From Octopus bimaculoides (Eukaryota): a DNA stretch of 64,000 nucleotides. Positions 28,248 through 42,019 of the stretch are shown here, in pieces (positions within the stretch are counted from its first letter, which is position 1; every line of letters starts with the position of its first letter). The stretch lies in assembly GCF_001194135.2 (NCBI RefSeq), contig NC_068995.1, positions 55,179,601 to 55,243,600 of the forward strand, read 5' to 3'. The translations under genes and the position numbers were made by a program. The notes below the pieces were generated by a model. That model saw only the letters and a program-made list of their open reading frames with translations. It was not told the DNA's origin and ran no database searches.

Positions 28248-30589
28248 GTAAGTAGATAGAAATGTTCCCAACGGTAACTCTTATGGTAATAGAAACAAGA
28301 AAGAAATACTAGATTCCCGTGATTTGGGCGATTATGTTGGGAAAAGCAATATCATTAACAACAAACCTTTTCTAATTCTTGTGCGGAGTAGGAATTCACA
28401 AACATGTCTAATAATGTCAGATACATTTGGATAATACAAACAAATATGAGGTTCTAGGTACGCTGCTACCAACCCCTAAATGGGCCGAATTCAGTGAGTG
28501 AATTACTGCATCTTCGATAGAGTCAACGATCGTTAGGAATTAACTACTGACCGTGAAATTTTATGCTCTAGTTGGAGTGATCACTTTGGTCGCTGCAAAG
28601 AACGAAAATTAGTCTGCTTCAAATTCCAAAATTTAGGATGCTGATGCCAAATCTCTTTCATTCAAGGATACGGATGTGTATCTTTTGACCATTACTTGGA
28701 AGGTTCTGGAAGCTAATACCAGATGGAGATATCGTCCATATGGTCTTCGTTAGGGTGTAGCTTTAGGAGGGAAATCATCAGTATAATTCAGTTGGATATT
28801 CTTGAAGTTTACTTGCTGTCTATATCAGCGAAATGCATTTCCTTCATCCATCCATCCATAGAAGGACGCTCAAAGTTTAGCTAACATGTAAAGTCAAAAA
28901 CTAAAAAAAAAAATACACTATGCTTACTGGTTCCTTATTTTTTGACGTCTTCCTCACCTGTGTGATCACGCTATTTTGCAAAAGAATGACCAGGAAGATG
29001 GTGCTCTCAAAGCACCGAATCGAAAGGAATCGTTTCAACATCAGAATAAAACATGCCGCATTCTCAGAACGTAACACAATCCACACAGAACATTCGGTAC
29101 GTTTTCGGAACATTTATGCGCATGCGCATTCCTTCTTTAGTGCCACTGCATAAATACCCGCGAAATTTCAGTTACCCTATGGTTATCTTATCGTTATGCT
29201 GGAAGTGTATTTCTTTAAAAAAGCATGCGTTTACGCGAAGATCTAATTACTTCAATGGCTAAGTTATATTTTTATCCTATTTGTTTATTAAGAGATTATT
29301 TGAATTATCATTCCTCTGTCCTTTCAGGACAAATTTCTTATTGAAATAAGATATCAGATCACAAACATTATGTTATAAACTTCATGTTCACCTTCAACTT
29401 TGTTTTGTTCAGCACATCAAATATTTCTAAGATAATTAACTTAAAATTGAGTAATCATTATTGTATAATTATATCATCAAAAATTTTTTTTAAATGTTAT
29501 ATTCTAATTATATTCTATTGACACCCATGATTTCGTATAAAATATTATTATTCTGCGCAGAAACACTGCTTCGTCTAAACAATTATTAGAAAATATAATA
29601 CAGTATTTGATGACAAGAGGTGAGATCATAGGTGTTCGATGAAATGCTGGGAATGAAAATATACTCTCATGTATATGCCTAAACTTAAATACATCATCCA
29701 TCTATTGAAACTTTAAATATTCACGAGGAAATAAATCAACTTTTATGTTAAGAATATGGCTGTCTTCCATCCAGCCAAAACCAGAATTTTTAAATAAATG
29801 AAGAGGTCAATAAGTTAATAACATGCGCTATATCATTAGAGATTACCGTATCTGTTTGGCATATATGGTCAAATATACTAATTTGTTATAACGTAATTCA
29901 TACAGAGGGTAAGTTAGAGTTGAATGAGTTTATCAGAAGTATTCGGGCTGCTTTAATTAAAAGCATAAATATAAGTTTTCTAATTGGAATTGGAAATGAA
30001 AATTAGTTTCTCGCAAATAAATGTATGATAAATTAAAAATCAGAGTTCGTTAAAAACCTTTAACTATGGTGAAAGGAAGATAATAATAATTACATTTATG
30101 TGGTTGCGATAGAGTGTCTCTAAAGGGAATACAAATATTAAACAATACCTTATTTTAAGGGTGCTTTGTTAAATGGATAAATTCATTTAACTAACTACAA
30201 GTTTTGGCTTCACTATTTCCACTCGTCTAACTATCATTCGTAATAATGAGTTGTTCAGTAAGAAAGACGCTCGTAAGTACACACACACACATATACATGA
30301 AGACCATCAGGAGTTGATACTTATTTGTGAATACCTATAGATATTACAATTTATAATTGTCACCTAGTTTCAGCTCTGTATTGTATTATTTCAAAACACA
30401 GCAAATATTTACGCTTGTCGCAATTTTAGAATCTTTCTTGATATCTAAATGAAACATCATTGAGTTAAGAGTAAAATCATCGACTGATTGCAATAAAGTG
30501 ATAGCAAAATTTAAACTTAGATTTAGATCTCTCTAACACTATTACTCCTAGAAGACTGTAATCGTCATGATTTTCCTCTTGGTAAATAA

Positions 30590-30885
30590 CTATATATAGA
30601 GGGCACATGGGAAAGATAACTCGATGATTGTTTCCTAATTTTATCAAAGCCCGTAGACCTTTGGAAGTATTCAACGTATTTCTCAACAATCTACATCCAT
30701 CTTTCAAATTCACAAAGGAAATGCACAAGAAATATTACTATTTCTCGATATAATGCTAATTAAGAATAATATCAAAATCTTTATGAATATATATTGTAAA
30801 GTCATGGATACACGTCAATACCTGAACTTCAAGTCATACCATCCACCGTATACAAAGCATAATGTCCTAAACTGTCTAGAGACGG
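30590..30885 (+). mobile_element. Penelope-like reverse transcriptase fragment (catalytic motif to thumb), decayed
   Basis: WER*LDDCFLIL (YLDD with Y mutated to stop), LEVFNVFLNNLHPSFKFTKE, LLFLDIMLIK, MNIYCKVMDTRQYLNFKSYHP: the PLE RT string RYxDD..LNxxHPxIKFTxE..LPFLD..YxKPTxTxQYLxFxSxHP. Confidence 0.88.
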
Positions 30886-32027
30886 GTGTTGATTCTCTTG
30901 TTGATAATGTGAAAACAAGAAGCAAACAACGCACAAAAGACGCATAATTCTCCCGTTTAAGTTTATTTTATTCTTTGTTCGAAACATCTCCTACTGTTTA
31001 TTTTGTCACTTATTGTACAAGTCGGACGATATGAAACCTCAGTCTGAAGAACAAACACTTGCAACGCTTAGGAAACTTTCGTGACAGATACGTTATTACT
31101 GCAGACATTTCTATGGAGATGATCAAGCTGATGATCAAATTTTATCAATCTTACAAATCTAGAAGAGCTTGCAGATTGCATCAGCACTCATCTACCTATC
31201 GCTTATGCCTACGGATATTGATGATTATTTAGAAAAATACGCATGTACACAGACACAAGCCTGCATGGGCATGTTTCCTCGCATGTATATATTTGTTTAT
31301 AAAATACATGCTCAGATAATTAGATAGATAGATAGCGAGACAGATAGATAGACAGATAGACAGATAGACAGATGGAAAGATAAATGCACGTACATGCAAA
31401 TATACACACATGTATAGTTCAGTGCACATTTATATGTATGTATCTCTAGATGTTTGCAAATATATCTAGACACGTTTCATTATATATACATAGTGTGTAA
31501 ATACATATTTTCATAGTTACATACACACACACATGCACACATACTAGCACATATAGAGACACACACAAACTCATAAACACTCACACCCATGCACACACTT
31601 ACACATGACTTAAAATAGCTGTATTTCTCTATTTCGAAATATAAATATAAATTCATTAAATTGTGTAATTTGTTCGATATGCTTGTAGATTATATTACAA
31701 AAATTACTTTAAATTCAACAGAAATAATTATTAAATTTCATGTTTGCATTGTTTGGTTACTGTGATTGTCTCTTTTCAAAGAAGATCAATATACATTAAT
31801 AGCAGCCCTAATTACATGACAGCCCTATAGTTCTATTGTACATAAAAGGAATTGTCGATGTATATTCCATTGAAAAAGAAGCTATTTTCAAACTAATAAT
31901 TTAAATTATGCATGAAGAACCGGTGTATTTTCACAAAGTGTTAAAATACATGGCATAACACGTATATATATATTCGTGATACAAAGATATAAAACCATTA
32001 ATCCTTATTGGATATATTTGAATATAA

Positions 32028-32095
<68 letters not shown>

Positions 32096-32804
32096 GGAAG
32101 TATATAACAAATTATCAGCTATAAAAAATCATGGTCGTATTCATGGTTTCAGGTTTATATTTAACAATTCTTCACAGAATATTTATAATGAAAGCAACGG
32201 CATTTTGTTTTGTTTTTGTTTTTTTTTCTTTTGCAAAAGATAAAGTAATTATAAGTTGATAACCGTTATTCTTACATTAGTGAGATGTGAATGAAAATAT
32301 TTGGTTGGACATTAGAAAAAGCTAACATTTTGAGCCAAATGTGTTCTGTTGAGGAATATTATTTATTAGCTTGTGTTTTGCAGAACAACAAAAGCCTCTA
32401 TAAAGTATGAAAGAAACAGTGGCACAGAAATATAAGGAGTCCAAACAGCAATGACGTGATCTCTGTTAGGTAGCAGGTATAGTTGTGTAGCTAATAAGAT
32501 TATTCTGCAACCGCATGATTTCGTGTTCAATTCCGTTGTGCGTCATTTTCGGTATTTCTCCTATTATCATAGCATTGGATTATCCTATGTCCTGTGAGTG
32601 AATTTGCTCGGGAATTGTACAGATATTGTACGAAAACTGACCATATTATTTGCGCGGCTGTAGGCAGGGTACATCGGGTGCATGAGGATATTTGTGTTTG
32701 ACTTCGACTGTTAATCACTGTTTGCTTACGTTCTCATCATACAGGGCTTCGCAATATGAATCCTATATAGATTTAAGATAACCAACGGGGTCGATTTGAT
32801 CACA

Positions 32805-32860
32805 ATACCGCTAAGCATTTCGCTCGGCCTGATAACGTCTCTGCCAGCTCACCGCCTTAG
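32805..32860 (-). mobile_element. SINE family A head fragment
   Basis: reverse complement ggcggtgagctggcagagacgttatcaggccgagcgaaatgcttagcggtatt matches the head of the 50757-50960 copy. Confidence 0.75.
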
Positions 32861-35733
32861 TCCAGTTAAGAATATTGCAGCTGTAACATATAACCGGAAT
32901 GTCTAGAATGGTGATACCTATTACCTTGCTTTTCGCATTGAGCTCTGTTTTCAGTATAAATCTAATAGTATTTCCTTTTTATCTTCCCTTTCATTTGTTT
33001 GTGTTGTATCGTATTTAGTTCATTGATTGCTAAGTATTTCATTGTCTAGTTTCGGTCTCATTCTCTTATTTTATTGTTGTTGTTATTTTATGACACGAAT
33101 GCATTCTTTTAAGCAACGATTTGTTTTACCACAATAAATCAGTATCTAAAAAACAGCAACTAAATATTCCCATATGTCACCGTGTAATGCTATGTTCGAT
33201 ATTTCTTGAATGCCAAAGATCAATTTTTGGATGGTTGACCTTGTTCGGATTTGATCCAAGACCAGCTTCACTCACAATTACTTTGTTTGAAAACGGCAAC
33301 AATAAACCATTTTATACATTTCCTTCCCTTAAAAAAAAAACGAGAACAGAAACAGTAGGGTGAACCAAGGCCACATGTGTAATTTTCATTATAATGATAA
33401 CGCATTTAACTATGATTATTTGTCTTGGAGTTTTACTTTCATTTTCGCAATTTTATAAAATATTTGTGCAACATTAATTGTCACAAAATTTGATATTTTA
33501 TTTCTGAAATGTCTGCGTTCCCTATTACGGTAGCAATTATATGAAATAACATGAAAATATTGGAATGAATTAAATAGCACCTGTAGAATAGAAACATTGT
33601 TTATTTGCTGTAAACCGTGTTAACTATCTGTTAGCGCTCCGGGAAGTATAGTAACGATATTACAATAACAAAAAACTCCACGTATAAACACAATAGTTGC
33701 ACTCTCTCAAATACAAATGCATACACATATTCATATACACACACGGGCACTGCCCCCCATCTCTCTCTTTCTTTCTCTCTCTCCTTCTCTCAGACACATA
33801 TACACACACAAGCACAAACATTTAGGTGTATACATTTGTGCGTGTCTGTGTGTTAAATGAAATACTAAAGGCATGCACTACAGAAACGTGTTAAACAAAT
33901 ATGTCTTTGTTATCGGGAGGGACGATCTCGTTTAAAATGTCAAACCAACAGCAGTATCTAGAATGGCAGTATTCATTTTCCCTGTTTGTTCAATAGACAT
34001 GTACCTAAAGTATTTTGAACTTTTAGAAGTACTGTTTATGCAACATCAATTAATATATCTGTGCGCTACAGTACAAGGTTAAACTATTTCTTTCAATTAC
34101 TTTCAATAATAAGTTGTCTTTAGAAATCAATAGATATATATCAGCTAGGACGATGAGTGTCTCACTTCTTTGATCGATGATTCGATTCGCTAGTTGAGTT
34201 AGCGTGTCACTATCCAACTATTTCATTGAGATGTGTACCAGTAATTTCACTGTCAAGAACTATAGACCTGATACAATGTGTGATTAAGTTGATCTATTGC
34301 ATTTCAGGTGCTCTATACACAAAAGACTTCCCAATAATTTCCGTTTATCCTATTTAAATCGGAACGTTTGGATCGATAAGAGGCTTTATTGTAACGTCAC
34401 CTGCTGAAGATGCTGCACAATCTCATGAAACGAAGAACATCGCCATTGCGAAGCAAAGTAACCGTTCGCTTACGTCATCTAAATAAACGATATATTGTAT
34501 AAAATACCTTATACGTAACTGAATAATACTGTCATAATGATTACTTTTCATGTCCAACGTGTTTCAGTATCATCATACCTCGTTTGGCAAATAACCGTAA
34601 ATATGAGATCCCTCTTAGAAATGGATCTGTGGTGTAAGGTTTTGGAAGGAGTTTAAATAATTTAAATATCAATTGTAAATTCAGAGGGCGGAGTTCTCGT
34701 ATTATCATTACAGCGTCACGGAGGAAATGTCTTTGGCTAAAGAACTGTAAGAGATACACGAAGACAGTTCTTCCGGTTATTCACGTTCCTTGTTCCAAAC
34801 CCACGGAGGTTTGGATCTTTAGTAATAATATTTGCTGTCCCAGGTCGATTAAATCATATTACGCCATCCTTGCTTAAGTTAAACCTGCCTTGGGGCTTGT
34901 AATATTAAAATTTTGCGTGCATTAATGGCACCAATATTTCTGTAGATGATTATGAAATTTGAAAAACACATTCACAAATAGCAATAGTCATGCCGACAGT
35001 GCTTCTCCGCGTTAACTACTTCGTTTTGGCTAATACTGCATGAAAGATGACACGCATTATATCCTACCAAACACACAGCATAACTTTATTCCCTCAGATG
35101 TAGTCACTGATTGTGGATGAATATTCCTTTTACCTTGGGTGCTAACATTTCACGTGATCAGATTCTAACAGAAAAATTACTAACTCGTTTGTTTCATGTT
35201 TATGATGTTCATGAGATTAAATAATTTGTATAAATAGGGATACACGTCGATAAAATGGAATGTGCTTAAATCCAGTTAATTATTCTACTTCGTTACAGCG
35301 ATTTCCAAAAGAGAAAAATCTGCTTCGCGGTATATTTGCATAAAAGTACTATTCTACTTTCTAAATGGATATTTCTGTTAAGAATGTACTAAAAGAACAC
35401 CGTGTACATAAAATTTAAAAGATTATTACTGGGCATGAGATGTAAGACTAAGTTTTATGAATATTATCTTATACGAAACTTGATGAACTTTCTAAATACG
35501 TAGAATACACTGTTTATGTTATTTGTAGCTTGTTGCAGTTTCACGAAATGAAAAAAAAAGATTCTCTCCCGCTTTGAGCACAGAATATTCCTTCAAACTG
35601 AATTTATATTTAACTTACTTCAATTAGTTCTAAATGTCATCTTAATTATAATTTGGTGTGCTCCAATGTTTAAGATATGTGTGAATACACACATACACAT
35701 ACACACACATATATACATACGCACACACGCACA

Positions 35734-35792
<59 letters not shown>

Positions 35793-37859
35793 TTACGCAC
35801 ATAAATATAGATAGACACGAATATCTATATATACATAAGCGTTCAGCAAACAAGTATATTTAGATATGTTTGTGTGTACCTGACAGTGTCTGTGTTTATG
35901 TATGTATGTATGTATGTGTGTATGTACGTATACGCATATAAAATAATAACAGCAATGCCAAGCAATATTTCATATTGCTTTAATCCACATGATCATTGTT
36001 TCTCTTCTGCTTAAGCAGTTTAAATATTTCCAATGTCGGCATATTGGAAATAATTGCCACTTAAATGGCATCAGCAAATACGTAGTAGGCGCATAGATAA
36101 CACTTCTTTAGATAAGATGATCAAATTTTACAGAAGTTACGGTAACACATGTATTTTCAGTTGACTGAAAATGTCATGAAAAATATCAAATCTTAAATTC
36201 GTTATGCCTATGCAAGAAGGTAGAAATCTAGCTAAATTTTGGAAGTAAAACACGGAGTTCAACTCGTGATTGCATCCAATGGCAGACATTTAGACACTAC
36301 AGACAGTTTACTTGGCTCAGTTCGTAAACTATTTGTCTGGTTGTGGAGAAATTTGAACATTACTATTTGTGTGAAGGAAATATTTTTAATTACTATGTTA
36401 CGCTTCTCTCTCTCTCTCTCACTCTTTTTCTACATCGAGAAACATGTCTTTCGGAAACGCCAAGCACATTTTACTAAACATGCGATTTAACGCATAATCA
36501 AAATTTCAATTTACTTCCCATATAATTACCTTTCTGTGAGTGTCTATCACCGAGGTAGTGAATGAATATATATACACCTACTAAAGAGCCTCCACTGAAG
36601 AAAAATGATTGCGTAGTATTCAATATTTCGTTTTCACTTTGAAAATAAGTGGCAGTCTCTCTGTGTTGAATGTGTCGTTCCTCAGCTAAATTCAATATTT
36701 ATTTGCTATGGATGTAGCTAACGGCTATTCTACTATATACATCGCCTACATGTATTTTGCTTAGTTCGAATACTAGAAATCAATATTACATTGAATAAAA
36801 TTGTGTGAAAATTCACCTGAGAATTAATGAAATTTTACCAAGATTTTTGTCATACATATAGTCATAGACATACATATGCATACACACACACACACACACA
36901 CACACACANNNNNNNNNNNNNNNNNNNNNNNNNNNNNNNNNNNNNNNNNNNNNNNNNNNNNNNNNNNNNNNNNNNNNNNNNNNNNNNNNNNNNNNNNNNN
37001 NNNNNNNNNNNNNNNNNNNNNNNNNNNNNNNNNNNNNNNNNNNNNNNNNNNNNNNNNNNNNNNNNNNNNNNNNNNNNNNNNNNNNNNNNNNNNNNNNNNN
37101 NNNNNNNNNNNNNNNNNNNNNNNNNNNNNNNNNNNNNNNNNNNNTTATATTTATATACGAAATTTTTCATATATGGTAGCAATACGAAACATTTATTCAA
37201 TACCTGTTTCCTTAATTTTCTAGATTTGACACTAGCAGAATTGTGGCCAAGTATCTTTGATATGTACATACGTGACTTGGATTAAAATGAAACTTCAATA
37301 CAATTGAAAGCGAATACTGTCTGAAGTCACGTTTCTACGTGCAAGTCTGTTTTCTTTCTCTTTTTTCACACAGGAATTACAATCACTTGAATAGAAATAT
37401 AGCGCACATAATAAAGAAGACAGAATAACTGAAATGCTTGCAACTTAAAAAAAAAAATTAAATTATAACAGAGAGAATTCGAGAGGTGTTTTTATCATAT
37501 ATGAAATTGTGATTCTTAACGTGATTCATTTTATTGATATATTCCCTTGGCGCAATCGTATAAATATATAAGCCAGAATACAAATTTACCACAATGTGAG
37601 TTCGTATGATCGTTGTGACCTTTGTCAATATGAGAAGGATCGGCATTAAATATAGAAATACTTTGATGATGTACCCGTTCCTTTTCAGGTACAAGGTACA
37701 GAACATGAAGTTTAACGTCAGCATATTAACAATTTTTATGGAGTCTACAAATATAATGACTGCCCGAACCTCACTATGTAATAATCGATAAGAGAAATCG
37801 ATCAATTGAGGAAGATTCAGTTGAAGGCTTATTCTTCCGAAGCTAGACCATTCACCAAA

Positions 37860-38000
37860 CTTTCATTGATTCAGTATTCCTGTCGTCAAATGGCATTGAT
37901 ATTAGATACGGCAATGCAATATACCTGTTAAATTTGCGAACTATTTAAGAGCTTCGATGCCCTTGATCGAGTAGTATATCAAAGTATGTTAAAAAGTCTA
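37860..38000 (+). mobile_element. possible LINE RT scrap
   Basis: ILDTAMQYTC*ICELFKSFDALDRVVYQSMLKSL loosely resembles the RTE-type FIDFxKAFDSxDR motif. Confidence 0.2.
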
Positions 38001-38769
38001 AACAGCAACATCAGTGAAAGGCTCAAATATTTCAACGGAAGCATCTACTTCATACGTATTTTCACAGACAATCATTTTGATTTGGCTGTGCAGAAGTTTC
38101 CCCCTCAAAGATAGACCTCACGTAAATTTGTTCAATGACCAGAAGCTGATATTTGAAATTCACTTGTAAATTGATTTATGAAACATAGTAGTTAAACTTC
38201 CTTCAAACGCCATGTCAAAATCTAAAAGATATTCGTAGTGGTTGTTATAATCCTAACATGACCGAGCCAGGAAATTAATTCTTGGTGATGTTTACACCAC
38301 GGTTTGGACGATGAAATACCGACATAGATCGACAGAAGATTAACAGGACGTTAATAAACGAATCGTTAAAAAATATCTGAAGTGAGGATTTCTGAAAGGG
38401 GCAATTTAAAACGTCAAAATATACGAACGAGCTGGCTGGAAACACAAATATAAATAGATAAAGGTACGCAAGGAAACATCGTATTTGCAAATAACGCTTA
38501 TAAAGTGTAATCCCGTAAATGTAATGAAACACGTTAACATCGCAATGGAGAGATCTCAGTTAGAAAATTAACCCATTGCACTCGGCGCAAAAGAGTCAAG
38601 AAATGTGACATACAAATCCCTTTACGCAACATCTACAAAATAAACTGTAAATTGGAAAATGTCCTGTTGGTTTCGTGCAATTTTATTTGTATTAATGTTT
38701 TGATAAATTTTCAATTTCCTGCATATCACATTATAGAAACGACAATTGTCTATAAGTACAAATTATTTT

Positions 38770-39100
38770 ATCGGTCACTTTTTTTTCAGGATTCCTTTCA
38801 TCAGCCAATCCCACCTATTCTTTTCAGCAACTTCTGTTGTGGCTATAAGGAATTGATTGTTAGTCCCTTCTTACGCAATTCGTCACCATGTCCTTTTTGT
38901 ACTTCTTCCTTTGTTTTCTCTTTTTCTCTGCTTTCAATACTCCTTCGTTCCTGACATTAGCAAGGTTTCCTTACTTAGGCCTAGGTATCTCATCAAGCTT
39001 TCGAGCCGATACGTACGCAGTCTTCCACACTTATCAGTCCCCTTCTTTCATTTGCTCATCTGCTCTCTCCATGTATATAAACCGTTCGACATATAACAGC
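38770..39100 (-). mobile_element. internal fragment of an R4/Dong-like LINE (post-RT region)
   Basis: Minus-strand translation with frameshifts: VERF/LY..KEG-RGLISVEDCVRI..VRNEGVLKAE..LRKKGL..EVAEKNRWDWLMKGILKK; the DRLY..GGRGL..VEDCV and W.WL.KG.LKKETE motifs are typical of this clade. Confidence 0.85.
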
Positions 39101-39119
39101 TGATAGTCAGCATAACTCC

Positions 39120-39500
39120 GCAATTCAAATAACACGGTCATTGAAAAAGTGCGTGCAGAACATTCTAGTTGCGCGTTTCGGGCCATTTGACGTCGGGATG
39201 TCGCGCATGTTAGCAACGATGAAACACCAGGATTGTAGGGTTTATCTCCACCCTAAAATTCACGTGTTTTTACAGTTAGATCAGACTTTTCACGATATCA
39301 ACCAGAAACCTGGATCATACCAGCCATTAGATTTTCTTCGACGTCCAGGATTCCAAGAATTCAAGGCGGTATCAAAATGTTCCCGTGTCCGACAAACAGA
39401 ATCCAACATCTGGGGAACGTTGGACATGTGCAGCTTCGGCGCATGGCTGCGCATTAGTAGCAACGCCAAGACCAGTCCTGCATGCAATTATCCAAATTCC
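39120..39500 (-). mobile_element. probable Penelope-like 3' end (GIY-YIG C-terminus plus terminal region)
   Basis: Minus strand: LGVATNA..AAHVQ / LDSV..TREHF / YRLEFLESW, resembling the PLE endonuclease tail (H..DW..V.IL.RE...R.FLESW), followed by ccgacg..ggccc-GAAACGCG-ca; CpG-rich relative to flanks. Confidence 0.5.
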
Positions 39501-39562
39501 TAACAACATATTTCTTCATTCCTCTCTCATTCGTTCTACATAATTCAATGAATGGATTTATA

Positions 39563-39594
<32 letters not shown>

Positions 39595-40467
39595 NNNNNN
39601 NNNNNNNNNNNNNNNNNNNNNNNNNNNNNNNNNNNNNNNNNNNNNNNNNNNNNNNNNNNNNNNNNNNNNNNNNNNNNNNNNNNNNNNNNNNNNNNNNNNN
39701 NNNNNNNNNNNNNNNNNNNNNNNNNNNNNNNNNNNNNNNNNNNNNNNNNNNNNNNNNNNNNNNNNNNNNNNNNNNNNNNNNNNNNNNNNNNNNNNNNNNN
39801 NNNNNNNNNNNNNNNNNNNNNNNNNNNNNNNNNNNNNNNNNNNNNNNNNNNNNNNNNNNNNNNNNNNNNNNNNNNNNNNNNNNNNNNNNNNNNNNNNNNN
39901 NNNNNNNNNNNTACGTATATATATATATTTGTATGTATAAATACATATATATGTAGATATATGTACAGCTATATAAATAAATATATTTTCACATATATAT
40001 GCACATAAATACACACACATATATATACACATACAGACACACATGAACGCAGATATATTTATGCATATACTTTTCTGTGTGTAACCACATCCACATATAT
40101 ACACCTAAATTCCTGTGGCTTTATCGCTGCAATTCAATTAACAATAAATAGCTTTTACTTTGTCGAAAACATATTACACGACTACATAGAAGCGTAAATA
40201 TTTCCATCAGTGACATCTGCTGGTGGCATCACCATATTAACAGTGACGTTAATTAACATGTATGCAGCGAGGTGAAAGATATTCATAATATGGATACTAT
40301 TAATGTCAAATTGTAAAGCCTCATCAATTTAATTACATTTGTAGTAATTATCTGTATTAGAAAACCGTTTGATATATGCTTAAACTCTATGTGGTGAATA
40401 ATTCCAGCTGATATGCTGCAGAATGCATAGATACATACATATATGTGTGTTTATATGCATAGATATA

Positions 40468-40503
<36 letters not shown>

Positions 40504-40816
40504 CATATATATATATATACATATATACATATATATATATATACATATATATATATATTATATACATATATATACATATACATGTATATATACATATATA
40601 TATGTGTGTGTGTGTGTGTGCGTGTGTCTGTGTGTGTCTGTGTGTCTGTGTGTGTCTGTGTGTGTCTGTGTGTGTCTGTGTATACACTATTTGTGTTACG
40701 TACAGATTTGTATAGAATGTCAAGTGTTATATGAAGTATTACTCAAAACATTAAACTTATAAGTAGAGTATAGCATTTATTTTTACAACGAAATGTTAGC
40801 AGTTTTGAAATTTCAG

Positions 40817-40863
40817 TCACATTGCTTGTCAACGGCAAAGAAGAACAAAATTTCGAGTTCACG
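40817..40863 (+). CDS. candidate exon, (x)TLLVNGKEEQNFEFT
   Basis: aaatttcag| ... acg|gttagt, 47 nt, phase 1 to 0, open; strand and status ambiguous (see findings). Confidence 0.3.
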
Positions 40864-41193
40864 GTTAGTGTTTCGCTCGTTTATTTGAATGTCTTCATGA
40901 ATTCTGCCGTCGATTTTTACATGTGAGATATAAACAGCCATGAGTTTGATCGCCGCATTGAGGATCTGCTTACAGTGGTGAACGCTTTTGTACAACCAAT
41001 CACACCAGTAGGTAATTTAGTGGACAGCATAGAATAAATATTTCTCTTATATTTCTCACCTGCTTTTCGGTCCAGCCATTTTGTAAGCTCAATGCATACC
41101 GTAAAACTAAACAACATATAATTTTTAAGTTATTCTACGTGAACATATATATGTATGTATGTATGTATGTATGTGTGTGTGTTTGTGTGTGTG

Positions 41194-41261
<68 letters not shown>

Positions 41262-41264
<3 letters not shown>

Positions 41265-41407
41265 TATTTACGTTATTTACGTTCGACGGATACTTGTCCT
41301 CATCTTGTTTGTTGTTAACACAACGTTTCGGCTGATATACCCCCTAACCTTGTTCATGTGTCTTGGGGAAATTTCGAACCTGGTATTTCGAACCTGGTAT
41401 TTTTCGA

Positions 41408-41483
<76 letters not shown>

Positions 41484-41528
41484 GTTGTTGTTGTTGTTGT
41501 TGTTGTTGTTATTGTTGTTGCTATTGTT
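41262..41528 (-). mobile_element. SINE family C, 3' half (headless), inverted
   Basis: Minus strand (AAC)n(AAT)n-catcgaaaaata-ccaggttcgaaat mirrors the + copy at 41601-41777, then continues into a unique 3' module ending gtaaataacgtaaata. Confidence 0.8.
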
Positions 41529-41530
41529 TA

Positions 41531-41780
<250 letters not shown>

Positions 41781-41823
41781 TGTAAGTAGCAAAAAACTTT
41801 GTCACTTCCAATCAACCAGTCGG

Positions 41824-41893
41824 TTGAAAATATGCCCAAATGAAAACCTTGAAAATATGCCCAAATGAAAACCTTGAAAATATGCCCAAATGA
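41824..41893. repeat. 25-bp tandem repeat x2.8 (ttgaaaatatgcccaaatgaaaacc)
   Basis: direct reading. Confidence 0.97.
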
Positions 41894-42019
41894 TTTTCAT
41901 AGCATGCTTTCATAGCATGTGGTGTTTCTTTTATGGTAGAAATCCTTATGAACACTAGAATACCATGCTATGGGTTGCTTTCGGGTAGGCATTATGAAAG
42001 CCCAGAAATAACACAACGA

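Noticed and set aside
28300-28870. GC-richer stretch suspected to be a TE-coding relic
   Set aside because: The frames I tried gave only a faint HLDNTNKYEVL resemblance to PLE RT; insufficient
34541-35050. 72-aa minus-strand ORF and adjacent mixed-composition sequence
   Set aside because: No recognisable motif in the frames examined
40924-40926. Selenocysteine codon
   Set aside because: No SECIS-like structure or redox motif seen; the TGA more simply lies in an intron or a decayed frame
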